From positions 146,112 to 210,111 of the forward strand of contig CAVXTP010000017.1 of assembly GCA_963764715.1 (NCBI GenBank): a DNA stretch of 64,000 nucleotides, in the 5' to 3' direction. Numbering within the stretch: position 1 is the stretch's first letter; each line of letters opens with the position of its first letter. Made by a program: the position numbers and the translations under genes. Shown piece after piece: positions 31,877 to 42,299 of the stretch. Source of the DNA: an uncultured Acidobacteriota bacterium (lineage in GTDB: Bacteria; Acidobacteriota; Thermoanaerobaculia; UBA5066; Gp7-AA6). The notes under the pieces were generated by a model, which saw only the letters and a program-made list of their open reading frames with translations, did no database searches and was not told where the DNA came from.

Positions 31877-34446
31877 GACCGAGCCGCTCTTTTCGCGGCG
31901 CGTGGCTTGGACTTCTTGCTCGCCGCGACGACCACCGCCTCCGGAACCTCCGGCGGCGCCTCGGGCGTGAATTCGACGATCGGCGGCAGCTCGCCGGCGG
32001 GCTTCTCGAATCCGCAGCCCGCCTTGTCGCAGGCGAAGACGTTGCCGGACTTGCGTTCCCGGAAGAGGAGGTACGGGTTGCCGCACTGCGGGCACTTTTC
32101 GGGGATCGGCCGCACCGAGAGCGAGAAGTCGCAGTTCGGGTAGTTGATGCAGCCGTAGAAGGGCCGGAAGCGTCCGCGCCGCTCGGCGATGATGCCGCCG
32201 TCCTTGGGGCACCGCACGCCCGTGTCCTTCACGGGCTTCGGGGGCTTGTACTTGCAGGCCGGGTAGTTCGAGCACGACACGTACGCGCCGAAGCGGCCGT
32301 GCCGCCGCACGAGCCCGTTGCCGCAGCGGGGGCAGATCTCCCCGGTCGGCTCGTCGGGCTTGGCCTCGGCCTTGCCGCCCGCGACGGCGATGTTCACGAC
32401 GTTCCGGCACTTGGGGTACGCGGTGCAGCCGAGGAAGGTCGAGCCCGTGCGGCTCTGGCGCACTTTCATCGGCTCGCCGCACTCGTCGCAGGTCGTCTTC
32501 TCGAGCTCCGACATGTCGACGGCGTCTTCCTCGGGGTCCGGGATGTCCTGCGTGAACGTGCACTCGGGGTAGCCGCTGCACGCGATGAAGAGTCCGTTCT
32601 TGCCCATGCGAAGCTTCAGCTTCTTGCCGCACTTGGGGCACTTCTCGTCCATGACCGGCACGGCCGAGAGCTTGAGCTTCTTCGCCTGGGCGAGCGGGAT
32701 GCCGGCCTTGCCCGAGACCATGCCGTCGAGGGCCCGGTCGCGGTCGCGCGTGAAGGTCTTGTCGAAGTCCGTCAGCGCCTTCGTCCAGGAGAGCTTGCCC
32801 TCCTCGACGTCGTCGAGGGCCTCCTCCATCCGCGCCGTGTAGGCGGTCTCGAAGAAGTCGTCGAAGTACGGGATCAGGAGCTCGATGACCGTCCGGCCGA
32901 GGGCGGTCGGAATGAAGCGGCGGTCCTTGCGGTGAACGTACCGGCGCTCTTCGATCTTGCGCAGGATCTCGGCGTAGGTCGAGGGACGGCCGATGCCGTT
33001 CTCCTCGAGGAACTTGACGAGCGAGGCCTCGTTGAAGCGCGGCGGCGGCTGGGTCGCCTTCTTCTCGGGCAGGACCTCGACGAGCTTCAGCGTCTCGCCC
33101 TGCGTCAGGGGCGGCAGCTTCGGCGAGTCCTTGTCCGAGTCGTCGTCCTCGTCGGCCGAGACGCCGTAGGCCGCGAGGTAGCCGGCGAACTTCAGCGTCG
33201 AGCCCGAGGCGCGGTAGACCGCGCGTCCGGCCGTGATGTCGGCCGAGGTCGTGTCGTAGACGGCGGGCGCCATCTGCGAGGCGACGAAGCGCTCCCAGAT
33301 GATCCGGTAGATCTTCGCCTCGTCGGCGGCGACGTACCTGGCGACCTCGTCGGGCGGCAGGTCGAGGTACGTCGGCCGGATCGCCTCGTGCGCGTCCTGC
33401 GTGTCGCGGCGGCTCTTGAAGTACCGCGGCGACTCGGGCATCGACTCGGGCCCGTACTTTGCGGCGATGTGCTCGCGGACCGCCGTGAGGGCGTCGGCGG
33501 AGACGCGGGTCGAGTCGGTGCGCATGTACGTGATCAATCCGACGGTCCCCCGCCCCGGGATCTCGCGGCCCTCGTAGAGCCGCTGGGCGATCTGCATCGT
33601 GCGCCGGACGGCGAAGCCGCGACGGGCCGCGGCCTGCTGGAGCTGCGAGGTGATGAAGGGCGGCGCCGGGTTCTTCCGGCGCTCGGAGGTCTCGACGGAG
33701 GAGACGGTCCACGCGGCCTTCGAGACCTCGTCGACGACCTTCTTCGCCGACGTCTCGTCCGGCAGGCGCGGGTCGGTGCCGTCGAACTTGAGCTTCTCGC
33801 CGTCGAACGACGAGAGCCGCGCCGTGAACTCCGGCGGGACCTTCCCCGAGAGCTTCGCGTCGACCGACCAGTATTCGACCGGGACGAAGGCCTCGATCTC
33901 GTTCTCGCGCTCGCAGATGATCCGCAGCGCCACGGTCTGGACGCGCCCGGCGGAAAGGCCCCGCCAGACCTTCTTCCACAGCAGGTCCGACACCTCGTAG
34001 CCGACGAGCCGGTCGATGATGCGGCGCGCCTGCTGGGCGTCGACCCGCCGGCCGTCGATCTCGCCCGCCTGCTCCATCGCCGCGAGCACGGCCTTCTTGG
34101 TGATCTCGTTGAAGCGGACGCGCTGGAACTTCGTCTTGCCCGCGCCCGGCTGGAGGGTCTGCTGGAGGTGCCACGAGATGGCCTCGCCCTCGCGGTCGGG
34201 GTCGGCGGCCAGATAGACGTTGTCGGCCGCCTTCGCCGCCTTCTTCAGCTCGTTGATCGTCTTCTCTTTGCCGGCCAGGACCTCGTACGTGGGCGCATAG
34301 GAATGTCCGCGGTCGATCCCGAGGCCCTTGCGCGGCAGGTCGCGGACATGGCCGTACGACGCGAGGACCTTGAACCCCTTGCCGAGAAATTTCTCGAGGG
34401 TCTTGGCCTTCGCGGGCGACTCGACGATGACGATGGACTTGGCCAT
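31873..34446 (-). CDS. topA: DNA topoisomerase I
   Basis: IVESPAK, DPDREGE, SAGRVQ, ITYMRTDS, GIGRPSTY, C-terminal zinc ribbons. Confidence 0.98.
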   Translation of the reverse strand: MAKSIVIVESPAKAKTLEKFLGKGFKVLASYGHVRDLPRKGLGIDRGHSYAPTYEVLAGKEKTINELKKAAKAADNVYLAADPDREGEAISWHLQQTLQPGAGKTKFQRVRFNEITKKAVLAAMEQAGEIDGRRVDAQQARRIIDRLVGYEVSDLLWKKVWRGLSAGRVQTVALRIICERENEIEAFVPVEYWSVDAKLSGKVPPEFTARLSSFDGEKLKFDGTDPRLPDETSAKKVVDEVSKAAWTVSSVETSERRKNPAPPFITSQLQQAAARRGFAVRRTMQIAQRLYEGREIPGRGTVGLITYMRTDSTRVSADALTAVREHIAAKYGPESMPESPRYFKSRRDTQDAHEAIRPTYLDLPPDEVARYVAADEAKIYRIIWERFVASQMAPAVYDTTSADITAGRAVYRASGSTLKFAGYLAAYGVSADEDDDSDKDSPKLPPLTQGETLKLVEVLPEKKATQPPPRFNEASLVKFLEENGIGRPSTYAEILRKIEERRYVHRKDRRFIPTALGRTVIELLIPYFDDFFETAYTARMEEALDDVEEGKLSWTKALTDFDKTFTRDRDRALDGMVSGKAGIPLAQAKKLKLSAVPVMDEKCPKCGKKLKLRMGKNGLFIACSGYPECTFTQDIPDPEEDAVDMSELEKTTCDECGEPMKVRQSRTGSTFLGCTAYPKCRNVVNIAVAGGKAEAKPDEPTGEICPRCGNGLVRRHGRFGAYVSCSNYPACKYKPPKPVKDTGVRCPKDGGIIAERRGRFRPFYGCINYPNCDFSLSVRPIPEKCPQCGNPYLLFRERKSGNVFACDKAGCGFEKPAGELPPIVEFTPEAPPEVPEAVVVAASKKSKPRAAKRAARS

Positions 34447-34528
34447 ATGGGGCGGGGACGGTCTCACATCAATCTGGAAAGCGCAAATTCGACCATTCCG
34501 CCTGCATGCAACATCCGCTTATTCCCGA

Positions 34529-34608
34529 GCCGTACGCCGTCAGCGGTAATCCGTAAGCAGCAAAGGAGTTTGCGCATCGCCTCCTGCTTCCTGCCTCCTG
34601 CCTCCTGC
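34529..34608. repeat. Degenerate heptamer arrays between dprA and topA
   Basis: CCGTAAG-like copies followed by (CCTGCCT)n. Confidence 0.65.
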
Positions 34609-35718
34609 TCACCTTCGGCCCACCCCGTACCTCCCGCCCTCCACCGCCACCGCCATCCCCGCCGCCTCGAGCTCGAAGAGCCCGGCGAGGACCGTCGCCG
34701 CCGGAAGGTCGAGCGAGAGCGCGATCTCCTCGGGCGAGAGCGACTCCTCGCGGGCCAGCAGCTCGAGCATGCGCCGCGCCTCGGCCGAGAGCTCGGCCGG
34801 GAGCGTCGCGGGCACGCCGGCCGGGCCGGGCGACCCGATCGCGGGGAAGAGCTCGGCGAGCACGTCCTCCGCTCCGCGGCAGAGGATCGCGCCGTCCTTC
34901 AGCAGCGCGTGCGCGCCTTCGGAGGTCGGCGAAAAGATCGAGCCCGGGACGGCGAACACGTCGCGGCCGAAGTCGGCGGCGAGCCGCGCCGTGATGAGCG
35001 AGCCGGACCGGCGCGACGCCTCGACGACGACGACTCCCGACGAGAGGCCCGCGATGATCCGGTTGCGGACCGGAAAGTTCTGCGGCCGCGGCTCGGTGCC
35101 GGGCGGGTACTCGGACACGAGGAGGTGGTCGGCCGCCATGCGCTCCTTCAGACGCCGGTGCTCGCGCGGGTAGTCGACGTCCACGCCGCACCCGAGAACC
35201 GCGATCGTGCCGCCGGGGCTGTCGAGCGCGGCCTCGTGCGCCGCCGCGTCGACTCCCCGCGCGAAGCCCGAGACCACCGTCACCCCCGCCGCCGACAGGT
35301 CCCGCGCGAGGCCCCAGGCCACGTCCCGGCCGTAGCGCGAGGCGTCGCGGGACCCGACGATCGCGACCGCCGGAAGGCGCAGGCGCTCGAGCCGCCCGAG
35401 CGCATGGAAGAGGAAGGGAGGATCGGCGATCTCGCCGAGCGCGGCCGGGTAGTCGGGGTCGAAGGCCGTGACCACGCGGACGCCGGTCGCCTCGATGCGG
35501 GCCGCCCAGCGCTCGGCCTCGACGTCGTCTCCCGCCCTCAGCACGGCCCGCGCCCGCTCCCGGGAGCCCAAAAAAGCGGACAAGTCCTCTTCTTCGGAGG
35601 ACAGGACTCCCTCGACTCCCCCGCGCGCGCGCAGGACCGGCCAGAGACGCTGCGGGGTCACGCTCCCCCGCGCCCACGAGAGCGCCGCGCGGCGGCCGAG
35701 GGAGGAGGGAGGGCTCAC
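34609..35718 (-). CDS. dprA: DNA-processing protein DprA
   Basis: AIVGSR, VSGFARGVD, FPVRNRIIAG, SGSLITA, FAVPG. Confidence 0.95.
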   Translation of the reverse strand: MSPPSSLGRRAALSWARGSVTPQRLWPVLRARGGVEGVLSSEEEDLSAFLGSRERARAVLRAGDDVEAERWAARIEATGVRVVTAFDPDYPAALGEIADPPFLFHALGRLERLRLPAVAIVGSRDASRYGRDVAWGLARDLSAAGVTVVSGFARGVDAAAHEAALDSPGGTIAVLGCGVDVDYPREHRRLKERMAADHLLVSEYPPGTEPRPQNFPVRNRIIAGLSSGVVVVEASRRSGSLITARLAADFGRDVFAVPGSIFSPTSEGAHALLKDGAILCRGAEDVLAELFPAIGSPGPAGVPATLPAELSAEARRMLELLAREESLSPEEIALSLDLPAATVLAGLFELEAAGMAVAVEGGRYGVGRR

Positions 35719-35820
35719 GGCCTTAAGCCATCTTTCATGGACGGAGCGACGACAATTCTCCGATTCCCCGTCGAAGGGAAACCTATAATAGCCACCCCGA
35801 CACGGGAGGCGGGCGAGCGC

Positions 35821-36189
35821 TTGAGGCAACACCGCACGTTGGTTCTCACCTTACTTCTTGTCGCGAGCGCGTGCACCTCGTACTCCCACACCGAGCGCGC
35901 CGACACGCAGATCAAGTTCGGGACCGACGTCGCGAAGAAGGGCCACTGGCGCGAGGCGGCGTTCCGCTACGAGCAGGCGATCACCAAGGACCCGGCCAAC
36001 GCGCGGGCGCACAACAACCTCGCCGTCGCCATGGAAGCCAACGGCGACTTCGCCCGCGCGCTCACCGAGTACAAGAAGGCGCTCGAGCTCGATCCCAACA
36101 ACAACTACATCCGGCGCAACTACGCGCGCTTCGCCGAGTTCTACACGTCGTACACGAAGACGACCGGAAAGGCCGTCAGTGCGCCGTAG
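35821..36189 (+). CDS. TPR-repeat lipoprotein
   Basis: Lipobox ASAC, TPR WREA...AHNNLAVA...YKKALELDPNN. TATAAT at 35785. Confidence 0.8.
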   Translation: MRQHRTLVLTLLLVASACTSYSHTERADTQIKFGTDVAKKGHWREAAFRYEQAITKDPANARAHNNLAVAMEANGDFARALTEYKKALELDPNNNYIRRNYARFAEFYTSYTKTTGKAVSAP

Positions 36190-36877
36190 GCTCGTCGCGT
36201 GCTCGATCGCCTTCCTCCTCGCGGCGATGCCCGCGCTCGCCGGCGTCGACCAGGTGAAGCTGCGGCTCCCCCTGAAGCCCAAGCTCCCGCTGCGCGGCAA
36301 CGAACGAATCGCGATCGCGCCGTTCATCGTCGTCACCGACGCCGAGAAGGCGCGGGACAAGCGCCTCGCCAACGTCGACATCCAGGGCGAGTTCGACCGC
36401 TTCCTCAAGAAGCAGCTCGAGAAGAAGACCAAATTCGAGCTCATCCTGACCCCGGCGGACGTGAAGCTGCCGACCCAGAACCTGACCGAGCTCGCCAAGG
36501 CCCAGGAGTTCTGGGCGTCGGTCGGGACCCAGACGGGGGCCGAGATCATCGTCTCGGGCAGCCTCGAGTTCAAGATCGAGGACCGCTCGGGGTACAAGAC
36601 CGAGGAGTACACCTCGCCGATCGACGGCCGCACGTACTACCGCCAGGTCTACGTGGAACAGACCGGGTTCATGTTCGACATCGTGCTGCTCGTCTTCGAC
36701 GGGCACACGGGCGAGAAGCTCCTCCAGGACCAGTTCAAGGATTTCCGCCAGACCAGCAACCGGAAGGCCGACGAGCTCCAGGGCCTGTTCGAGAACCTGT
36801 TCTCGCTCGAGAGCCAGATCCTCAACACGTTCGTCGCGCGCGACCGCGAGGCCGAGCGCTACATCTTCACCAACTGA
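36179..36877 (+). CDS. Secreted hypothetical protein (possible CsgG/TolB-N-like alpha/beta fold)
   Basis: Signal peptide, RIAIAPF, GAEIIVSGS, FDGHTGEKL. Confidence 0.6.
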   Translation: MRRRLVACSIAFLLAAMPALAGVDQVKLRLPLKPKLPLRGNERIAIAPFIVVTDAEKARDKRLANVDIQGEFDRFLKKQLEKKTKFELILTPADVKLPTQNLTELAKAQEFWASVGTQTGAEIIVSGSLEFKIEDRSGYKTEEYTSPIDGRTYYRQVYVEQTGFMFDIVLLVFDGHTGEKLLQDQFKDFRQTSNRKADELQGLFENLFSLESQILNTFVARDREAERYIFTN

Positions 36878-36893
36878 CGCGCGCGAGACCCGC

Positions 36894-39821
36894 ATGAAGA
36901 AACTGTTCGCCGCCGCCGCTGTCGCCGTCGCCCTGGCCGCCGCGTCCCCGGCGACGTCCCAGATCCTCGACCCGTACTACACCTACTTCGGCAAGAACAA
37001 GATCGTCTACGACTCGTTCAAGTGGAAGAACTACCGGTCGACCCACTTCCTGATCTACTACCACGAGCGCGAGGAGGTCTCCCTCCAGAAGGTCGCCTCC
37101 TTCGCGGAGAGCGCGTACGACGACATCTCCCGCCAGCTCAACTTCCAGATCCCGAAGCCGATCAACCTCATCTACTACGCGACGCACTCGGAGTTCGAAC
37201 AGACCAACACCATGCCGGGCTTCCTTCCGGAAGGCCTCGGCGCCTTCGCGCTCCCGACGCGCAACCGCATGGTCCTCCCGATCGACATGCCGGACGAGAA
37301 GCTCCAGCAACTCATCGCCCACGAGCTGACCCACGTCTTCCAGTTCGAGATCTTCTTCGGCGGCAGCTTCATCCGCGCCTACACCTCGGGCGCGCCGCAG
37401 TGGCTGACCGAGGGCATGGCCTCCTACTTCGCCTCCGACGAGGACTCGCGCGACAAGATGGTCCTGCGCGACGCGGTCCTCTCCGACCAGGTGCCCGAGA
37501 TCGCCGAGAAGGGGATCTACGGCTTCTTCGCGTACCGGTTCGGCCACGCCGTCTTCGACTACATGGAGTCGGAATGGGGCAAGGACGGCGTCCGGGACTT
37601 CGTCTTCGAATACCGCGGCCAGCTCGGCCCGAACATCGATCGCGTCCTCCGGCGGACCTTCAGCCTGACGGCCGAGGAGTTCGACATCAAGTTCCGCCGG
37701 TTCCTGCGCCAGCGCTACATCAAGATGCTGACCGAGCGCGGCGAGCCCATCGACTTCGGCGACAGCGTGCGGCTGGCCGAGGAGGGCTCGGCCGAGGTCT
37801 CGGTCCGGCCGTTCCCCTCGGGCGACTTCGGCGCCGCGATCTCGACGCTCGGCAACGACGCCAACGTCGTCGTCTGGTCTCCCCGCGACCGCAAGCTCTT
37901 CCGCAACCTGACCAAGGGCTTCAAGACCGAGTACGAGTACATCATCGCCCAGTGGCTGACGACGGGCCCGGTCGGCGGCGTCGACCTCGCCGTCTCGCCC
38001 GACGGAAACTCGATCGCGTTCTTCGTCCGCAGGGAGCGGGGCCGGGAGCTCGTCCTCTTGAACGCCCTCGACGGCAAGATCGAGCAGATGATCCCCATGC
38101 CGGGCCTCGACCAGCAGCTTAATCCCGCCTTTTCCCCGGACGGTCGGACCCTCGCCTTCATGGCCATCAAGGGGGGCGACGCCGACATCTACTCCTACAG
38201 CCTCGAAAGCAAGCTGATCGTCAACCTCACGCAGGACCGCTCGTTCGATTTCGCGCCGACGTTCTCGCCCGACGGGCAGTCGATCTACTACTCCTCCATC
38301 CAGGGCGAGACCGCGAAGATCTTCCGCTTCAAGATCGGCGTTCCGGGCTCGCGCGAGCAGATCACCTACGGGAACTCCAACGACGAGGATGCGAGCGTCT
38401 CCCCCGACGGCAAGCGCCTCTTCTTCTCGTCCGACCGCGACGGCGGCGTCTACAACATCTACTCCGTCAACCTCGACACGGGCGAGACCTTCATGTTCAC
38501 GAACGTCGTCGGGGGCTGTTTCTCGCCGGCCGTCGTCCAGAGCCGCGACGGGACCGAGCGGCTGATCTACTCGGCGTACTACAAGCGCCGTTTCGCGCTC
38601 TACGTCACCGACTCGAAGAAGCCCTACCGCAAGCTCGCCGAGCTGAACCCCGCGCCCTCGCCCGCGGGCCCGACGACGATCGCTCCGTTCCAGCCGTCGA
38701 TCGAGGTCTCGATCGACCCGGAGAAGGTCACCAAGACGAGCCACAAGCTCTTCCTCGAGGACGCCCAGATCCTGGCCGGCCTCGCGAGCGACGGGCAGTT
38801 CCTGTCCAACACGATCCTGACCTTCGGCGACGACCTCGGCGACCGGCGCCTGCAGGGCATCATCCAGACCGTCTCGGGCTACACCAACGTGAACCTGCAG
38901 TACGCGGACCTGTCGCAGCGGATGCAGAAGGGGCTCGAGGCGTTTTACTACCGGCTCTACTACTACATCCTGCAGCCCAACGGCGACATCAAGACGCAGA
39001 CCAACTACGACTACATCGGCGGCAACATCTTCGCGTCCTACCCGATCAACCGCTTCTACCGGGTCGACGGCACGCTCGGGTTCATCTCCCGCGATTACAA
39101 CGGATACCCCATCTGGGTGAAGACCGACGAGGGCCAGGGCCAGATTCTCATTCCGACGCACAACGACTTCCCCTCGATCGGCGCGCGGCTCGTCGGCGAC
39201 ACGACGGAGTACGAGTCGTTCGGCCCGATCTCCGGACGCAAGCTCTCGCTCAACATCAGCTGGGCGCCGTTCATCGGCGGCACCAAGATCCCGAACGCGA
39301 ACGAAACGACGCTGACGTTCGACACGTCGATCGACCTGCGGCACTACTTCAAGATCACGCGGCGCTCGCTCTTCGCCATCCGCCTCTACGCGTTCCGCGC
39401 CGACGGCAACCTGCCGGACCTGCTCGCCTTCGGCGGCATCGACACGCTGCGCACCTTCCCGGTCTACGGCATCTACGGCAACACGGCCGGGTTCCTCAAC
39501 GTCGAGTTCCGTTTCCCGCTGATCGACTTCATCGCGACGCCGATCCTGGGGTTCCGCGAGATCCGCGGCAAGGTCTTCATCGACGTCGGCGGCGCCGCGC
39601 TGAAGAACCAGCCGTGGCAGTTCTGGAGCGACTACACGCTCTGCGGCTACGGCGCCGTGGCCGGGTGTAACGGCTCCCAGGGCGGCTTCTCGGACTGGGG
39701 CTTCGGCCTCCAGACGAACTTCCTCGGCCTGCCGATGCACTTCGACTTCGCCAAGCAGTGGAACTTCAAGAACCAGCTCACCGACTTCAAGCTGTTCTTC
39801 TACCTCGGGCCGGAGTTCTAG
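36894..39821 (+). CDS. Omp85/BamA-family barrel protein with an N-terminal gluzincin peptidase-like domain and a PD40 beta-propeller
   Basis: Signal peptide, AHELTH plus WLTEGMA, repeated FSPDG, barrel with NVEFRFP and terminal FYLGPEF. Confidence 0.85.
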   Translation: MKKLFAAAAVAVALAAASPATSQILDPYYTYFGKNKIVYDSFKWKNYRSTHFLIYYHEREEVSLQKVASFAESAYDDISRQLNFQIPKPINLIYYATHSEFEQTNTMPGFLPEGLGAFALPTRNRMVLPIDMPDEKLQQLIAHELTHVFQFEIFFGGSFIRAYTSGAPQWLTEGMASYFASDEDSRDKMVLRDAVLSDQVPEIAEKGIYGFFAYRFGHAVFDYMESEWGKDGVRDFVFEYRGQLGPNIDRVLRRTFSLTAEEFDIKFRRFLRQRYIKMLTERGEPIDFGDSVRLAEEGSAEVSVRPFPSGDFGAAISTLGNDANVVVWSPRDRKLFRNLTKGFKTEYEYIIAQWLTTGPVGGVDLAVSPDGNSIAFFVRRERGRELVLLNALDGKIEQMIPMPGLDQQLNPAFSPDGRTLAFMAIKGGDADIYSYSLESKLIVNLTQDRSFDFAPTFSPDGQSIYYSSIQGETAKIFRFKIGVPGSREQITYGNSNDEDASVSPDGKRLFFSSDRDGGVYNIYSVNLDTGETFMFTNVVGGCFSPAVVQSRDGTERLIYSAYYKRRFALYVTDSKKPYRKLAELNPAPSPAGPTTIAPFQPSIEVSIDPEKVTKTSHKLFLEDAQILAGLASDGQFLSNTILTFGDDLGDRRLQGIIQTVSGYTNVNLQYADLSQRMQKGLEAFYYRLYYYILQPNGDIKTQTNYDYIGGNIFASYPINRFYRVDGTLGFISRDYNGYPIWVKTDEGQGQILIPTHNDFPSIGARLVGDTTEYESFGPISGRKLSLNISWAPFIGGTKIPNANETTLTFDTSIDLRHYFKITRRSLFAIRLYAFRADGNLPDLLAFGGIDTLRTFPVYGIYGNTAGFLNVEFRFPLIDFIATPILGFREIRGKVFIDVGGAALKNQPWQFWSDYTLCGYGAVAGCNGSQGGFSDWGFGLQTNFLGLPMHFDFAKQWNFKNQLTDFKLFFYLGPEF

Positions 39822-39825
39822 AACC

Positions 39826-39903
39826 AGTAAGCCGTAGGCCGTAAGCAGTAAGCAGTCGCATCGGGCGCAGCACGGCTTACGGCTTACTGCTTACGGCTGA
39901 CTG
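39826..39903. repeat. Inverted heptamer arrays (GTAAGCC/A)n and (GCTTACG/T)n
   Basis: Four copies on the left and three to four complementary copies on the right, forming a hairpin after the Omp85 gene. Confidence 0.8.
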
Positions 39904-39921
39904 GCTTAGAATTCCGCCAAC

Positions 39922-40698
39922 GTGACTCCCCGGAAAGCGCTCGCGATCAGGGCCCTCGGCCCCTACGGAGGCTCCGCGCCCGGCTACCGGATGACGACGT
40001 TCCTGATCGACGGGGAGACGGCCCTCGACGCGGGCGGCCTGACCGACGCGCTCCCGCTCGCCGCACAGCGGCGCATCCGGCGGGTGGTCCTGACCCACGC
40101 GCACCTCGACCACGTCGCCACCCTGCCCTTCCTGATCGAGAACATCTACGGCCGCGAGCGGCCGCTCGAAATCATCGCTCCCCCTCCCGTGCTCGCGACG
40201 CTCGCGCGGCACGTCTTCAACGACGCCACCTGGCCGGACTTCTCGCGCCTGCCCTCGCGGGCGAAGCCCACGATCGTGTACCGGCCGGTCGCGGCGGGCC
40301 GGACCATCCGGGCGGGCTCCGTGCGCTTTACGCCCGTCCCGGTCGACCACGTCGTCCCGGCCTACGGCTACCTCGTCTCGAAGCCCGGCCGTGCGGTGCT
40401 CTTCTCGGGAGACACGAGGCCGACGCGGCGTCTCTGGATCGAGGCCTCGCGCGCGAAGGACCTGAAGGCGATCTTCCTCGAGGTCTCGTTCTCGAACGCC
40501 CAGGCGGCCGTCGCCGAGGCCTCCTGCCACCTGACGCCGCAGCAGCTGCCGGGCGAGCTCGCCAAGGCGCCGCCGCGCGTTCCGGTGTTCCTGTACCACA
40601 TGAAGCCGCCCTCGCTGGCGCGGATCCGGCGCGAGGTCGAGGCGCTCGACGAACCGCGGCTGCGCCTGCTCGAGTCGGAGCGCTCCTTCCGCTTCTGA
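39922..40698 (+). CDS. Class II cyclic-nucleotide phosphodiesterase (metallo-beta-lactamase fold)
   Basis: THAHLDH, FNDATWPDF, HVVP, SGDT, EVSF, HLTP, YHMKP. Confidence 0.85.
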   Translation: MTPRKALAIRALGPYGGSAPGYRMTTFLIDGETALDAGGLTDALPLAAQRRIRRVVLTHAHLDHVATLPFLIENIYGRERPLEIIAPPPVLATLARHVFNDATWPDFSRLPSRAKPTIVYRPVAAGRTIRAGSVRFTPVPVDHVVPAYGYLVSKPGRAVLFSGDTRPTRRLWIEASRAKDLKAIFLEVSFSNAQAAVAEASCHLTPQQLPGELAKAPPRVPVFLYHMKPPSLARIRREVEALDEPRLRLLESERSFRF

Positions 40699-40711
40699 GA
40701 ACGGCCCCGGA

Positions 40712-42286
40712 TCAGCGGGCCGCCGTCCCCGCCCCCTCGCCCGCCGCCGGGGCGTCGTTTCCGGCCTCGAAGCGCGCCGGACCGTCCCGCAGGAGCGCCG
40801 CCACCACGACCGCCAGTCCCGCGGCGATCACCGCGCTGACTGCCGCCGCCTTCTGGAAGCCGTGCGTGAACGCTTCGCGGGCGGCCGCGAGCAGCTCCTC
40901 GCGGATCGGCGAGGCGAGCCCGGCCGCCGCGGCGACCGCGCCGCCGAGCGTGCCGCGCGCCGCCTCCGCCGCCCCGGGCGGAAGGCCCGCCGGCACCGAC
41001 CCGGCCATCGCTCCGCGGTAGACGGCCGTCCCGATCGATCCGAGAACCGCGATGCCGAGCGCGCCGCCGAGCTCGGCGCTCGTCTCCGAAAGGGCCGAGG
41101 CGGCGCCCGCGCGCTCGGGCGGCGCCGCGCCGAGGACCATGTCGGTCACGAGGGTGATCGACGGCGAAAGGCCGATCGAGAACATGACCGACGCCGTCAC
41201 GATCGCCGCCACCCCCGAAGCGACGCCGACGCGCGTCAGCACGGCGAACCCGGCCGCCGCGAGGACGAGGCCGGCCGCCATCAGCGGCGCCGCCCGGAAC
41301 CGGCGCGCGAGGGCGGGCGTGACGAGCGAGCCGAGGATGAACCCGAGCGACCACGGCAGCGTCCAGAGCCCGGATTCGAGCGGCGAGAGTCCGAGCACCA
41401 TCTGCAGGTACTGCGAGACGAAGATGAAGGCCCCGAACGCCACGAAGAGCGCGAGCGTGTAGGTCACGAGGGCCGTGCTGAAAGCGGGCGACCGGAAGAG
41501 GCCGAGGTCGACGAGCGGATGTGCCAGCGTCCGCTGGCGCCGCAGGAAGACGACGCCGAGAACGGACCCGGCGAGGACCGCGGCGGCCGGCGGCCACCCG
41601 GTCCCGTGCTCGGCGAATTCCTTGAGGCCCCAGATCACCGCGAGCACGCTCGAGAGCGACAGGGCCGCGCTCGTCAGGTCGAGCCGCGACGCGGATGGGT
41701 CGCGGAACTCGGGAAGGTACCTCGGCGCGACGGCGAGCAGGAGCGCCATCACCGGCACGGCGAGCAGGAAGACCGAGCTCCAGTGAAAGCGCTGGAGCAT
41801 CAGCCCGCCGACGAGCGGCCCGATCGCGCCGCCGACCGAGTAGCTCGTGATCCACACTGCGATCGCGAACGTGCGCTCCTTCGGGTCGTGGAACATGTTC
41901 CGGATGAGCGACAGCGTCGACGGCGCGAGCGTCGCGCCGGCGACCCCGAGCAGCGCCCGGGCCGCGATCAGCATTCCCGAGCTCCTCGAAAGGGCGGCCA
42001 GGACGGAGGCGACGCCGAAGGCGGCCGCTCCGATCATGAGGAGCCGGCGGCGGCCGATCCGGTCGCCGAGGGTCCCCATCGTGACGAGCGACCCCGCGAC
42101 CAGGAAGCCGTAGATGTCCACGATCCAGAGAAGCTCCGAGGCGCTCGGCTTCAGCTCCGCGGAGAGCGCCGGGACCGCGAGGTTCAGGACCGAGAGGTCC
42201 ATCGAGTAGAGGACGCACGGCAGCGCGATCACACCGAGGCCGATCCATTCGCGGCGCGTCGCCCGGGGGATTTCGCTGGCGGCGAT
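40712..42286 (-). CDS. DHA2 (QacA/EmrB-type) MFS efflux transporter (apparent ATC start)
   Basis: MDLSVLNLAVP, WIVDIY, GDRIGRRR, GPLVGG, many TM helices. Confidence 0.9.
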   Translation of the reverse strand: MAASEIPRATRREWIGLGVIALPCVLYSMDLSVLNLAVPALSAELKPSASELLWIVDIYGFLVAGSLVTMGTLGDRIGRRRLLMIGAAAFGVASVLAALSRSSGMLIAARALLGVAGATLAPSTLSLIRNMFHDPKERTFAIAVWITSYSVGGAIGPLVGGLMLQRFHWSSVFLLAVPVMALLLAVAPRYLPEFRDPSASRLDLTSAALSLSSVLAVIWGLKEFAEHGTGWPPAAAVLAGSVLGVVFLRRQRTLAHPLVDLGLFRSPAFSTALVTYTLALFVAFGAFIFVSQYLQMVLGLSPLESGLWTLPWSLGFILGSLVTPALARRFRAAPLMAAGLVLAAAGFAVLTRVGVASGVAAIVTASVMFSIGLSPSITLVTDMVLGAAPPERAGAASALSETSAELGGALGIAVLGSIGTAVYRGAMAGSVPAGLPPGAAEAARGTLGGAVAAAAGLASPIREELLAAAREAFTHGFQKAAAVSAVIAAGLAVVVAALLRDGPARFEAGNDAPAAGEGAGTAAR

Positions 42287-42299
42287 CGGGCGCTTCCTT

